DNA of 64,000 bases from the NCBI GenBank assembly GCA_951406725.2, contig OX597831.1, forward strand, positions 46,252,001 through 46,316,000. The letters run 5' to 3'. Below, piece by piece: positions 26,199 to 39,205 of the stretch (the first letter of the stretch is position 1; each line of letters opens with the position of its first letter). Source of the stretch: Octopus vulgaris (Eukaryota). The notes beneath the pieces were generated by a model. It searched no databases, had not been told where the DNA came from, and saw only the letters and a program-made list of their open reading frames with translations. The translations under genes and the position numbers were made by a program.

Positions 26199-27651
26199 TG
26201 TGGGCAATTATTTAGTGAATTTTAGGGCTTATAAATCTAATATTTTCTTATGCTATTCATATCTGCACTCGGTCTGCTTAGGAGATTGTTGTGTCCTAGC
26301 ATATGTGCTGCTTCGTATTTTCCAGATGTGTTCTCTGTCTATCATTTTAACTTCATCCCACAGGGGTAGGTGGTCTCCATTTTTCCATACATGATCAGCT
26401 ATACCCGATTTATCAAAATCTCCTCGTGTCACAGCTTTGCTATGTTTCTCTATCCCTACTTTGAAGGAGCAGCATGTTTCGCCCTTATATAATCTGCCAC
26501 AGCTGCATGGGATGGAGTACACGCAATGTTTGGTCATATTCTCTTCTGTTGAGTGTTTTACTCGAAGGAGATATTTGCGAAGTGTTGTATTACTCTTGAA
26601 TACTGTCCTGACGTCATATGGGCCACATATCTTTTGTATCTTTTCGGAGAGGTCTTTCACATAGGGTAGACAGACTGTGAACAGTTTATTGGTTTCATTC
26701 TCTCTTTTCATAACTGGAGTGGATAATATGTTTTTGGGGTAGTTGTTGCTTAATAGATTGTTATTGAGCTTGATAATTTCTTCGTGGTGTATACGGACGT
26801 CCTGAATCCATACTTGGAAAGTTAGATGGTTTGAAAGACGAGCTAGTTTTTGTTGAAGTGTCCCTGTGTCTCCATTGAAATGTAATGTCGGCTCAGTTCT
26901 ACATTTTAGAAATAAGGAATTATGTACATTATTTACATTATTTACTTTTGACGGGTATTTGTCCTCATCGTGTTTGTTGTTAACATAACGTTTCGGCTGG
27001 TTGGATTTTGGGGCTTGTAAATCTACTATTTTCCTATCCTTCCTTAAAACCGATGAAGACTGGAGGGTATATCAGCCGAAACGTTACGTTAACAACATAC
27101 AAGAAGAGGAGAAATATCCGACATGTGTAAATAATGTAAATAATGTCAACAAAGATTTGTACAAAAACAAGAAATACATTTATCAAATATTAATTACGCA
27201 TGATATTTATGAACGAATATTTGTGAATATACACTGTGAAATTGCTAAATTTTCGATATCAATCATATATTGGGAAGAGCTAGTGAATAAGCCATATAAG
27301 TATGTGCTTCTGTGTATGTGTGTGCTCGTTGTTAATGGTTGAATCCGAAGAACATTAAGCAGTAAATAATAGAATTATGGTTAAAAATACCATTTGGAAG
27401 GATGAATTCTATTCTTGGGTCTCGAACCTACACGTGTTGCAAATATGATAGACGTTCTGCCATTGGACCAAAATAATCTTTCAAATTTCTCCATCCATTT
27501 TCGATACTTTGTTCTTATAAGTGAGAACTGCATATTGGTGAGATTTCGTGTGAAATAATTCGTTTTTAATGGTTAAAGCCGAAGTAGATAAAGTTATATG
27601 TAATAGCATCTAAATATTGGCTTAAGAAAGACTTTGGGGAGAAAAAGCCGA

Positions 27652-27725
27652 ATGTATGTATGTATGTATGCATGTATGTATGTATGTATGTATGTATGTA
27701 TGTATGTATGTATGTATGTATGTAT
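27652..27725 (+). repeat. (ATGT)n microsatellite; also 44670-44762 and 63341-63414; block deleted in unit 1
   Basis: Seen directly. Confidence 0.95.
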
Positions 27726-30700
27726 AATAACACTGTTTTCTGCAGCTGCACTAAATGGGTTTTATGCCTGTCTCCTCTCCTCATCTGTACAAATCTGTAG
27801 GTATAGTTTCTGTTGTACCTATAACTACTGGGATACATTTTTCCCGCACTTTTCACAGTCTCTGTAATCTAATAGCTAGGTCCTGGAACTTTGTTATTTT
27901 TCTATACCTCTCATATTTATTTTTTCATAACTTGGGACTGTAAAGTCAATTAATTGGTACTGTCTACTACTTCTAAATTAGGCTTTCTGTTACTATGTCA
28001 GTCTGAATGTTGGCTCTAGGTTGACATGCCCGTTCCATATATTCTTTCTGTGCCAGCATAATACATTCACTTACTATATGAGTAACACATCCCTCTTTTG
28101 ATTTGCATAACCTACATTGGGAATGCACTTAATTTTTGTCTGTTTGAGTTTTTTATCCAATTAATCCTTGATACTTGATCTTGTGCTGCTTCTAACAAAC
28201 TTTCTGTCTCTCGTTTCAGCTGTCCTTTCTGCAACCATAACCATGTCTCACTACTACTATTTGCTACAATCATCTTTGGGAATCTACCATGCAAAGCCTT
28301 CTCCTGCCAGTCTTTTGTTTGTTTTTCTGGCTTTTAACTTTGTTTGTTTTTTTGTTTTCCCTATGTCTTGCTGTGATTGAAGTAGCTCTCTAAACATTCT
28401 TTACTATTATCTACGTAGGAGTCTATATCTACTCTAGCTAACTCCACACAGTCTTCTACTGATATTATCCCACTTCCACTTCCTTTCTAGCCAAGTATAA
28501 TCTTGCTACTCCTGTGTTGGATGGAGTCCTCCATTCATATTGAATTCATTAACAATTCTTCTGTCTAACTTTGCTAATGTAGTTTTGTCCAATCTACAAA
28601 AACTGCTGAGTATCTAAGTAAAGATACTATCCACGTATTTAAAGCCTTCACTAGTTTCGGACAATTTAGTTTTGATTTCATAAACTTCCTTATCCTTCTG
28701 ATGTACTCCTTCTCAATTTTCGTTTCCGTTTCTATAATTAGTACTCTGTCAGATCTAATACTCCTAGATACTTATAACTCCCTACTTCTCTCGGTGATTT
28801 TAATGTCTGGCCATCTCGTCATTGGATCCATTAGCTTTTGACTGCCTGTCCCCTTTTCATGACAAATATTGCATTCTTATCTATGCCAAATTCCATCCTA
28901 TATCTTTGCTGAACAGTCTTGCTGTCTGTATTAAGGAATCTCTCTTTTTCATTCTTACCAGGGTTCCGACAGTTATTCGTAGTACTACCACCTTTTCCAT
29001 CGACCGCAATTGCTTAACATCTCAAGTTAACCTGTCATATCTATCGACACTTTTCTTCCTTATTGTATACCTTGTTGTCAGCTGTGCATGCTATATCCAG
29101 CATCGTTTGCTTTCTTTCTCAATTAACACTTTGTCTAGTTTCCTACTCTCTATCTCATGGTTTAATGCGCGTACCACGTTTTTGCTCTGTTAAGTCCATA
29201 CTTGTTGCAAAGCATCCAATGGCATGCATTGACTAGTAATATGCCACAGGTTTCACTACTTTGTCTACAAAGTCTGCACTTATCATTATCCAATGTGTTG
29301 TGTATTCTGTATTTGATGTAATTCGTTCTTGATGCATGCTCTTCGACAGCAGAGATTAGGGATTCTGTTTCCGGTTTTAAATCACTTTTAGTCATCCATA
29401 GCCATCTTTTTCTCTCTCTGTCTTATCATCAACATCCCTATGAAATTGTCCATGCATTCTTTCTTTGTCCACCTACTTTCAGTTTCATTCACTCTCAAAG
29501 TGCTTATACAGTGCTTTATCTTTGCAATCTTCCATCCTACACAAGCCTGACCTTCTTACGTCCAATAATAGTGGTTCTGTGGCATATTTTACATAGCATG
29601 CTATGCTGTTTTCCTCTGCTCTAATGCTGTGTTCGCATCAAATCAGTCCTCTTTCTCCTCCTTTTTCTCGGTACATACAGTCTGTCTGTGTTACGTTTTG
29701 GATGGAGTATCCCATATCTAGTCAACAACTTCCTTGTCATTCTGTTTAAGCTGTTTAATTAGTCGACTGTCCATGCAATTACCTCTGCTCCATATCTAAG
29801 TAGTGAAACTGCCCAGGTGTTGATAGCTTCAATCTTATTCCGTACGTTTAATTTTAACTTAAGGATCAGTCTCAGTCTGCGCAAGTACTCCACTTTAAAT
29901 CTTTCTGTCATTTCTTTCTCCATCAATTTATCCATTTCCCAAATCCCCAGGTACTTATAGCCCGTATCTTCTATCTGCTTCATAACCTTCCCCGGCAGTA
30001 TCGCTAGCTCGTCCATACATTTGATTTTGCCTCTCTTCAAGACTAACGCACCATACTTTTTCAGTCCGAACTCCATTTTGATGTCAGCACTGAAAGTATA
30101 CACCGTATCAACGAACGAACTGACTTGGGATTCATCTTTACCATAAAGTTTGAGGTCATCCATGAATAATAAGTGGTTGACATTTGTTGGCGGCTTTTGA
30201 ATACATACACAGCCTTTGCTTTCCTCAGAATCAGTGTTAGTGGTATCATGTACAGTACAAAGATCAGTGGTGACAGGCAGTTCCCTTTGAAGATGTCTTT
30301 CCTGATTTCTATTGTCCCTAAACTTCTTCCATTTGCTGTCAACTTCGTCCCCCAATTCGCCTTACCTTTTCCAAGTAATCGCTCAACATTTGATGCAATA
30401 GAAAGTAGGTCCATACGTTCCATAACCCAAGAATGTGGGATCATATCATACGCCTTACGATAATCGATCCATGACATGGCCAAGTTAGTTTACCTCCTCT
30501 TGCAGTCTCAAAGTACATTTTTGTCTACACGGAGTTGATCCCTGGTGCCCCTGCACTTAGGCTTGCAACTCTTCTGCTCATGTGGCAGGATTCCATTTCC
30601 CCGCCATATGTTCGTACATTGACTCTGCGAGTATTCCAGTCAATAATTTCCACATAGGTGGCAAGCAGGATATCGGCCTGTAATTGTCTACCGTATTGCC

Positions 30701-32390
30701 TTTATCGATGTTTTTTCAAGCACAGCACTGTCCTACCCATTGTCAATTACTCTGGTGTTATTTAGCCGGCATGTAACAAGATGTTGAGTTGTGCAACTAT
30801 TCGTGCATGACATTCATCAAATCTTTTGATCCAGTAGCCTTGAATTCCCTCTGAACTGTCTTGCAGTCCTTTTGCCCATTTTTTGTTGATTTCCTTCATT
30901 TCCCTAACTGAAATGACTAGTTCTGCCTGTTTTGGACAGAGTACTGTTTGTTTAAGTTCTTGCAACCATTCAGCATCCTTCTTATGGTTCTTGTCATTGC
31001 TCCAGATGTCACTCCAAAACATTTGGTTTTGAATGTTATCTGGTATCAACTTTTCATCTGTACTCTCTCCATTTATTTCTTTGTAGAATCTCTTCTAATC
31101 CACTCTGAATAACCCCCTCCTCGTGGTAACCCTTCATTCTTTGGTCTTTATTGTCTTTGCACAGCTTCTAACGCCACGTCTTTTGTATTTCAATTTCCAA
31201 GTCTTTATATTTACTGGATTTGTCAAATTCCTTTACTTACATCTATTAGTATACAGATATTTTCTTCCCTGTCTTTAATGACTATGTATGGCCGATTAAC
31301 CTGGAACGTTGTGTCGCTGTTGACAGAAAATCCCAGAGGATAGTGACATTTTTTCCTTCATCGACTGGTTCAGGATCATGTTCATTACAGTAAGCAGGAG
31401 TGCTGATTTTGTAGTGTTTACATATTTTCCAATGTAAATTCTGTCCTACCCTATCCTGGCGATTTTGTATACGTTTGGTATCAGCACAGGACATCCTGAG
31501 ACATCATGTTCATACCGTATTGCCTTTATCGATGTTTTTCAAGCACAGCACTGTCCTACCCATTGTCAATCACTCTGGTGTTATTTAGCCGGCATGTAAC
31601 AAGATGTTGAGTTGTGCAGCTATTCGTGCATGACATTCATCAAATCTCTTGATCCAGTAGCCTTGAATTCCATCTGAACAGTCTTGTAGTCCGTTTGACC
31701 ATTTTTTGTTGATTTCCTTCATTTGCCTAACAGAAATGACTAGTTCTGCCTGTTTTGGACAGACTACTGTTTGTTTAAGTTCTTGCAACCATTCAGCATC
31801 CTTCTTATGCTCCTTGTCTTTGCTCCAGATGTGTACTTCTCCAAAACATTTGGTTTTGAATGTTATCTGGTAGGATAGTGACATTTTTACCTTCATCGAC
31901 TGGTTCAGGATCATGTTCATACCAGTAAGCAGGAGTGCTGATTTTGTGGTGTTTACATATTTTCCAATGTAAATTCTGTCCTACCCTATCCTGGCGATTT
32001 TGTATACGTTTGGTATCAGCACAGGACATCCTGAGACAAGATGGTCTATTGTTAAGTGAAATTTATCGCAGAATCTGCATTTAGGGTTAGAACCGTTTTG
32101 AAGAACGTTAGCTGGTAGCTTTTGGTAAGCAAGCTTTGATCTTGTGCCGCCAATATGAAACCTTCAGTCTGTGCTTTCAGTCCTGAACTTCTCAGCCACT
32201 GATGGTTTGCTGCTTGGTCTACATCAGTATTTCGACTTCGAAGTATATACTGTCCATGCAGAAGCTTCGGGCTCTACCGCTCCCCAATTTGTTTCTGCCC
32301 GTTCTTTTTGCAGTCTGCTTGATGACAGTGCTTTTAGGTTCTTCATCTAATTCAGGGTTAATGCCAAGTTTCCTTGCGAATTTGTTGTAC
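27725..32390 (-). mobile_element. R4/Dong-like LINE stack, unit 2 (with internal duplication)
   Basis: ORFs 28112-28294, 29759-30483, 30762-31049 and 31282-32029. Confidence 0.85.
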
Positions 32391-34791
32391 TCTTTCGCCA
32401 CAACTTTCTCTCACTCTCTCTTCCTGTTTCTTGAGTAACGATGCGATGGACTGGCGTCCCGTCCAGCTGGGAGGAACACATACGCAACAGAAACCGGGAA
32501 ACCGGGCCCATGAGCCTGGCTAGGTTTGAAAAGGGTGACGTTTTTTTTCTTATATAAACGCATAGTTAGTAAAAATATATCGAAAAATGCAGATGAAATC
32601 AAAATGACGTTAACATTATTTGCAACTTTAATACATTTTTACGAGAGATAATGCTATTCAACGATTATTACTCTGTATGCAAGCACTAAGGACGTTCTCT
32701 GTTTTCTTTGATTCCTAAACTATCAACGTTCTATGAAGAAGTAAAATAAAGATTCTATATATTACTGCCAGATGGTAAATAATTTCATCTTTAATTTCAA
32801 TTAATGACTCTCTTCGTGATATATCGATTTAATAAGTTATAGGTTATATCGTGCTGAAGGTTTCGAAAACAAATGAAATAGTGCTATACTTAATCAACAC
32901 GCACTAGCAATTGGAAATATATCGCAATAGATAAAAGGAAATTGAATATGAGAGTTCTGTGAGTATATTTTCTTGTAGTTCTTAATTTTCAACCCTGCCT
33001 CACATCGCGAACGAATAGTTATTTTCCTTGCATTGACGGCTATTCCGAGAGGAAACGTGTATTTGAACACGAATATACTAAATCTTAAAGAATTCATATT
33101 TCATCACAAAATGATGAATGAAACAAACAGAAAATACGAAAACAGGTGGGTGAATAGAAGACTACAGGAAAGTTAGACAAAACGGGACGGTGTGATCTGT
33201 ATATATATGCAAGAAAAATTAGTAAGAATTTTTCGGAATAAATTAGAAGACAGCCGCTGCAGTCCGTCAAAAATAGAAATGTGATGTGTTGTCAAGCCCA
33301 CAAGGTCTCCAGGAACGATAAAATGTTCTTTAGTACTGGCAATGCAGTTTTTGTGTTTCGTATCGTTCTTGATATTTAAACTTCATATGCGATGTCTTGC
33401 CTTGAAACCTACCAATTAGTCTTTCACCAAGCAATTCCCGCATAACTATTTGCTAATCTGGTCACTGAAGGTTTCAAGAGCCGGGAAAGATACATTAGCA
33501 TATTATTTTAATGACACAGTTGACAATACGTAGAATAAACAAATTAAAGTAATATATGATATAGGTCAAAGTAATGGTAATTTTGTAGCTAATTTAAATG
33601 AAATTTGTTATGAGAGAGACATAAAAAGGAGACAGAGAGGGAGATAAAGCAGGGAGAGAGGGAAAGAGAGGGGGAAAGAGGGAGAGAAAGATAGAGAGAG
33701 AGAGAGAGGGACAGAGATAGAGAGAGAAGGATAGACAGGGAAAGAGAGGGGGAGAGATAAAAGTCGACAGATAAAAGTCGACAGAGAATATGGGAGATGG
33801 AGAAAAAAAAAAAAGCATGAGAAAATTTTCTGTCACTAAAACATATATGAGCTCTTTTCGTAAAATGACAAAAATACACATAATCATAATAGTTGAATGT
33901 GATGTTGATATTCAGATGACATTCCTAAATGTTGAGTAAGAAATCCTATCTACGACAAGTACAAGGCCTGAAATGTTGGGAGAGGGGACTAGTCGATTAC
34001 GTCGACCCCCCAGTGTTTCACTGCTACTTAATTTATCGACCTCGAAAGGATAAAAGGCAAAGTTGAACTCAGCGGAATTTGAACTCAGATTGTGCAGACG
34101 TACGCAATGCCGCTAAGCATTTTAGTTTGTTAGAAGTCTAACTGAATAAATTTAGAATAGTATTCTAACAGAAAAATCATTTGGACCAATATAGCGTTTT
34201 TTTAATGCGGAATCGTCTAGGCAATTCTGAAGAGACTAGTGAAAAAGTTCCAATATTCGGATAAACCTTACGGACTATTTGTATATCTGTAAGGAAAGAC
34301 AGAAAAAAAGGAAAAGTGAAAGGTTGCTATCAATGCCTTATATGGACTTAGGAGTATTTAGATGGACTTGAATTCCAAGTTGTCTAATTTCACTAGGTTT
34401 TGACTGTGATAGGGACATTTAAATACAGCAATGGCAGTTGAAAAGACGCAACACAGTAAGAGTAGCAATTGATTTATATGCAGCGAATGTTAAATCTTGT
34501 GCCTAGTCCCTCAAACTGCTAGAAACAGAAAACAATTTTCTCTCATATAACATCCTAACTCAATAAAGAAAAGGTGGAATGGTTGTGAAGAGAGTGTCGT
34601 TGATCAGAGATTTGTTGGATTAGGACTGACCTGAGGATAAACTATATCTGATTTATATAATATCCCGAGTAAATGTGATTTGATAGATGTTTGAGTGGAT
34701 AAAGTAGTGAGACATATAATTATTAATGTTCTTTGATCTATGGAGCTCAACACCACCACCACCAACAATAGCAAAACATGCTAAAATTGAC

Positions 34792-34842
<51 letters not shown>

Positions 34843-35138
34843 TAGAACAATATATTACGTTATGTTAGAAAAGATGGTTCAGGAAATACAACCCCTGAAA
34901 AAAAGAAAGAAAAGAGAGACAACATGATCATTAATGAATTGTTTTTGATGATTGATTTGTTGGATCAGCTTCGATTACGGAGCTAAGCAATAAGAAAATC
35001 ATTAATATTATAAGCGTATACATACCACCAGCAGTATTAGTAGACGTTTCGTTACTCTTCTCATGAGAGACTCAACACATTTCACAAGTAAATATAATTT
35101 TAATACATCACACATCCTGTTACAATTAAAAGTTAATT

Positions 35139-35270
35139 GGCATCCTTTCTGTCTGGGAGACAATGGAGTTGCGCATTTTTTTTTTTTGTAGTCTAGTCCG
35201 GCTTTATATTCATTCCTGATACATTTTTTTTTTTATCCTGTAGTGCCATAGTCTGAGACTATGGCACTAC
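35139..35270 (-). mobile_element. 132-bp retroposon-like insertion with 11-bp TSD, unit 2 only
   Basis: AAAAGTTAATT at 35128-35138 and 35271-35281, single in units 1 and 3. One end resembles RTE-clade 3' tails. Confidence 0.7.
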
Positions 35271-35492
35271 AAAAGTTAATTAATATTTAGGGACACTGTG
35301 AAAACGCTTTATTTGTTTAAATATAATATTTAGATATTCAAAAAACATTGTCTTTTGGCGAATCATGTTTGCAATTGCTAAAAAGCAAACAAACAAAGAA
35401 AAACTTATTAATTTTTAAATATTTTAAACTGGCAAGAACTTGTAGTTCATTTTAAGTAATATAAAACACCTGAATGACATAAAATGTTCAAT

Positions 35493-35633
35493 TCAAGGAG
35501 TTCTGATATTTTGTCATTCTCATAACTGGAAAATTTTGCGAAATGAAGTCAGCATTCATTAGAAAACTGTCGACTGAAAAGTCCCTAAATAAGAGCAGAG
35601 CTGAGATGAAAAGAATAGGTTAATAACACTTGG
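35493..35633 (-). pseudogene. Decayed GPCR 3' fragment, unit 2 copy
   Basis: Homologous to 15181-15322. Confidence 0.8.
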
Positions 35634-37940
35634 ATATGTCGTTTGGGGCTACGAAGACAGTGTTTTGATTAATTGAGAAAAATATTTCTTGTATTTTCAG
35701 GAGCGTGGGAAACCCACAAGGAAGCAGGTGCATCATTGCCAGTAAATACTAGGGACGAGGCCGCAGTTGCCACCCTTGTACCACTGAGGAATTAAACACC
35801 AAATCATCAACAGCGAACATTTGGACATCAAGAAAGAAACATTTCATTGCACGTGCAAGTAACTTAAATTACGAAGTGCCAAGAATGACGCCTTGACCTC
35901 TATCCCATCTATTTAAACTAGGCGAATTTATGATGTAACTGGAAAATTGCGGATGTGGACAATATAAATAGAGACATATACTCATTTGATTTCTAAACTG
36001 CATACTTATGTGCAACTTATACATAGCATATATACAAGATACCAGATATATTGCGAAATGTATTTTATCGACTAATACATGCTCACTACTTGTGAAAGCA
36101 TAATTAATTATACGATACTCAAGTACTTATATCTACAAAATGCGGTGTGTGCTACATGTTGCATTCAATAGTATACGTTTCAATATTTTTGTATTTTCAT
36201 ATTTCGGTACGCGTGAATATTCACGTATTATGCATTTAATCAATACTGAAAGCCAATTATCCCAACATAGCAAGGCTAAAGCAAAGGAAATCAGGAAGAC
36301 AGAAATCACTAAATGAGATGATGCCCCAAATGTGTTTATCTACTAATTTTGAAGTCTCGTATAAGCTCGTGTATGCACATGTATTCGCATCAAAATTGGA
36401 CGCGTTTACCAACATCCTAAAAGGCAATTTTTGACATGACACCATTGAAGGCACTGTTATTCCACAAATAAATTTTCTCTCTCCGTTTTTGAAAATTGTG
36501 GTATGCATTCAAAATTATTCAAAATTTATCATTTGGTTATAATATTTTTCTTGATAACCCTAAATTTTATCTTTATACAACATAACAATATTGTTTGAAA
36601 TAATCTCCTATAGTACCCCATGGTAAAATTTCCTCTGTATTATCATTATTGGTTTTATTAGCGTCTTGCCCTTTAACTGGTAATTAACATCTTGTTTTGA
36701 GATCTTACACTAGCCAACCTCATTATAGCCAGTTACTTTATACTACTTCAAAATAATCTTGACAAGTTTTATGACTATACCCATTATGTTCTGTCAACTC
36801 TTTCCTGCCTTTTCCTAATAGACACAATTCTCTAGTTTTAGATTTGATAAACAAGACTAATAAATTAAAACTGAACCAAAATCAGTGACAAACTATGACC
36901 CAAACAAATTTCTTTTCCTGATGACTTCTTACTCTATTAGAGTATTTAAGCAAAATTATATTAATATGTCCGACTGATTAAAAAAAAATTCTATTTATTT
37001 ATTTATGCAGCTGAGAATAGCCCTGCATTTAAATTGATGTAATGATTGCATTGTTCAATTAAAAGGAGCCGCTTGAAACGGTCGTACTGCATCACCTCTG
37101 GATATCCTGTTGCTTGTTTGATTTCATTCACTTATTTTGAGGTTGTACGGATAGTACCGCACTAATGTTTGGTGCTTCAACTTAAGTACCTAATTCATCT
37201 GAATCTCAATTATATATATGTCCTTTTATTATTATTATTAGTATTAGATTTTGTTTTGTTTTTTTTATCGTATTTTTGTATTTATATTCGTGTAACATCG
37301 TCTGTTTTTCCGTCCTTGTTTCGTATACGTTCGATGCTTTTTTCCATGGAATCTAATGCTCTTAGCTTAGTGTTTCCTTGGGGCTGGCCAGATTGGCGCA
37401 ATCTCGAGATTTATCAGCCGAAATTGCGAGGATGATCCGGTTCTTGACTGAAGATAAAAGGCTTCGAATGTCCCGTCCGTGTGTTTTTTGTATCGCCTAT
37501 CTGGATGTTTTGTTGTCCTATTTTGTATCACCTAGTTGTCCGGATGTTTTGTTCTCTTATATGTAAGTACACATTTCACTAAATTTTGTACGACTTTTTC
37601 AACACTCTCTCCCCCTCACTCTCACATTTCTTTGCCTTTCTTACTCACTCTACACTTCGCTATGTCCCTGTCTCTCTCTTTTTTTCTCGCCACTCCTTGA
37701 TTCTTCTGTCTATCTACTTCTACACACTCTCTCTCTCTCATCTCCCCTCCTCAATTCCTTTGTTTCTCTTTTTCTCTCTCTTCTCTTCTCACGTGACCGT
37801 TGGCCGACTGCTAGCCCTTTTTGTGTCTGACCTCGGTCACTGTCACATCGACATTCTTCCCTCTGCCGTAAGGCTTCATTACTACACACACCAGCTGAAT
37901 TCAATTCGTCCCCAGTCGAAAGACGCCTGTTGCCATGTCC

Positions 37941-38046
<106 letters not shown>

Positions 38047-38905
38047 GTTTTTTGATTCTTTATTGTATTTTTGTATTTATAGTCGTGTAACATCGTCTGT
38101 TTTTTCGTCCTTGTTTCGTATACATTCGATGCTTTTTTCTAAGGAATCTTATGCTCTTAGCTTATATCTTCCTGCAAAGATTTTTCTTCAATGACTGACA
38201 TAGTCTTTGCCTGTTGATTTGCGAGGGCCTTGAGAAAACTTGTTCTATTGTGGAAGACTTTCAGACTCATTTGCTGGGAAGGTTTGAACTAGTTGCAAAC
38301 TTTTCGTGCCCTGTCTAGATCTTGTTCACCTGGGCGACGATTGATCCGATATAGATGACGCCTCGTTGAGTTTTGGCTTCTGACCATTAAAACAACATTG
38401 GCATTAGGAGACGAGTCTGGTTGTTTCGAGTTAACTTTTGGACAGAACATCGCCACCGAGCCCTTTGAATGGATGTGTTTCTCATATCGTAATCGCAAGA
38501 GTCTTACAGAGCGAATTGTGGTTGACATAACTCTAGGCATGACAGATTAGTGGTGATTTAAACTAAAGGATTATTTGCTTCTTATTTGTGTGTTGCTTCT
38601 AAGTCTCTTTGTTTTTATTTTGTCCTACTTTACTTGCGACACGTGATTTGTGTGTGTGTGTGTATGTGTGTGTTTGCATGTGTATGTGTACATGCTCGCG
38701 CGCGCGTGTGTTGTGTGTCGTGTGTACATGTGTGTATGTGCGTGTTTGTATGTGTATGTGTGTGTGTGTACGTGTGTGCGGAGGCGACATTATGTAGTTT
38801 ATAAATGTCAATATGTACAAGTATGTATAAATAATTGGATCTATATGTAATTGATAAATTTACGCACCAACTGTGTATATATGCATAAAACGGTTTTTGC
38901 ATATT

Positions 38906-38946
<41 letters not shown>

Positions 38947-39023
38947 TGATGATATTATTATTATTATTATCATTATTATTATTATTATTATTATCATTAT
39001 TATTTTTATTATTATTATTATTA

Positions 39024-39096
<73 letters not shown>

Positions 39097-39124
39097 TATT
39101 ATTATTATTATTATTATTATTACA

Positions 39125-39205
<81 letters not shown>

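Larger units (their letters stand above)
25911..27146 (-). mobile_element. Penelope-like element remnant, unit 2
   Basis: ORF 26253-26711 (VYSIPCSCGRLYKGET) with the same flanks. Confidence 0.85.
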
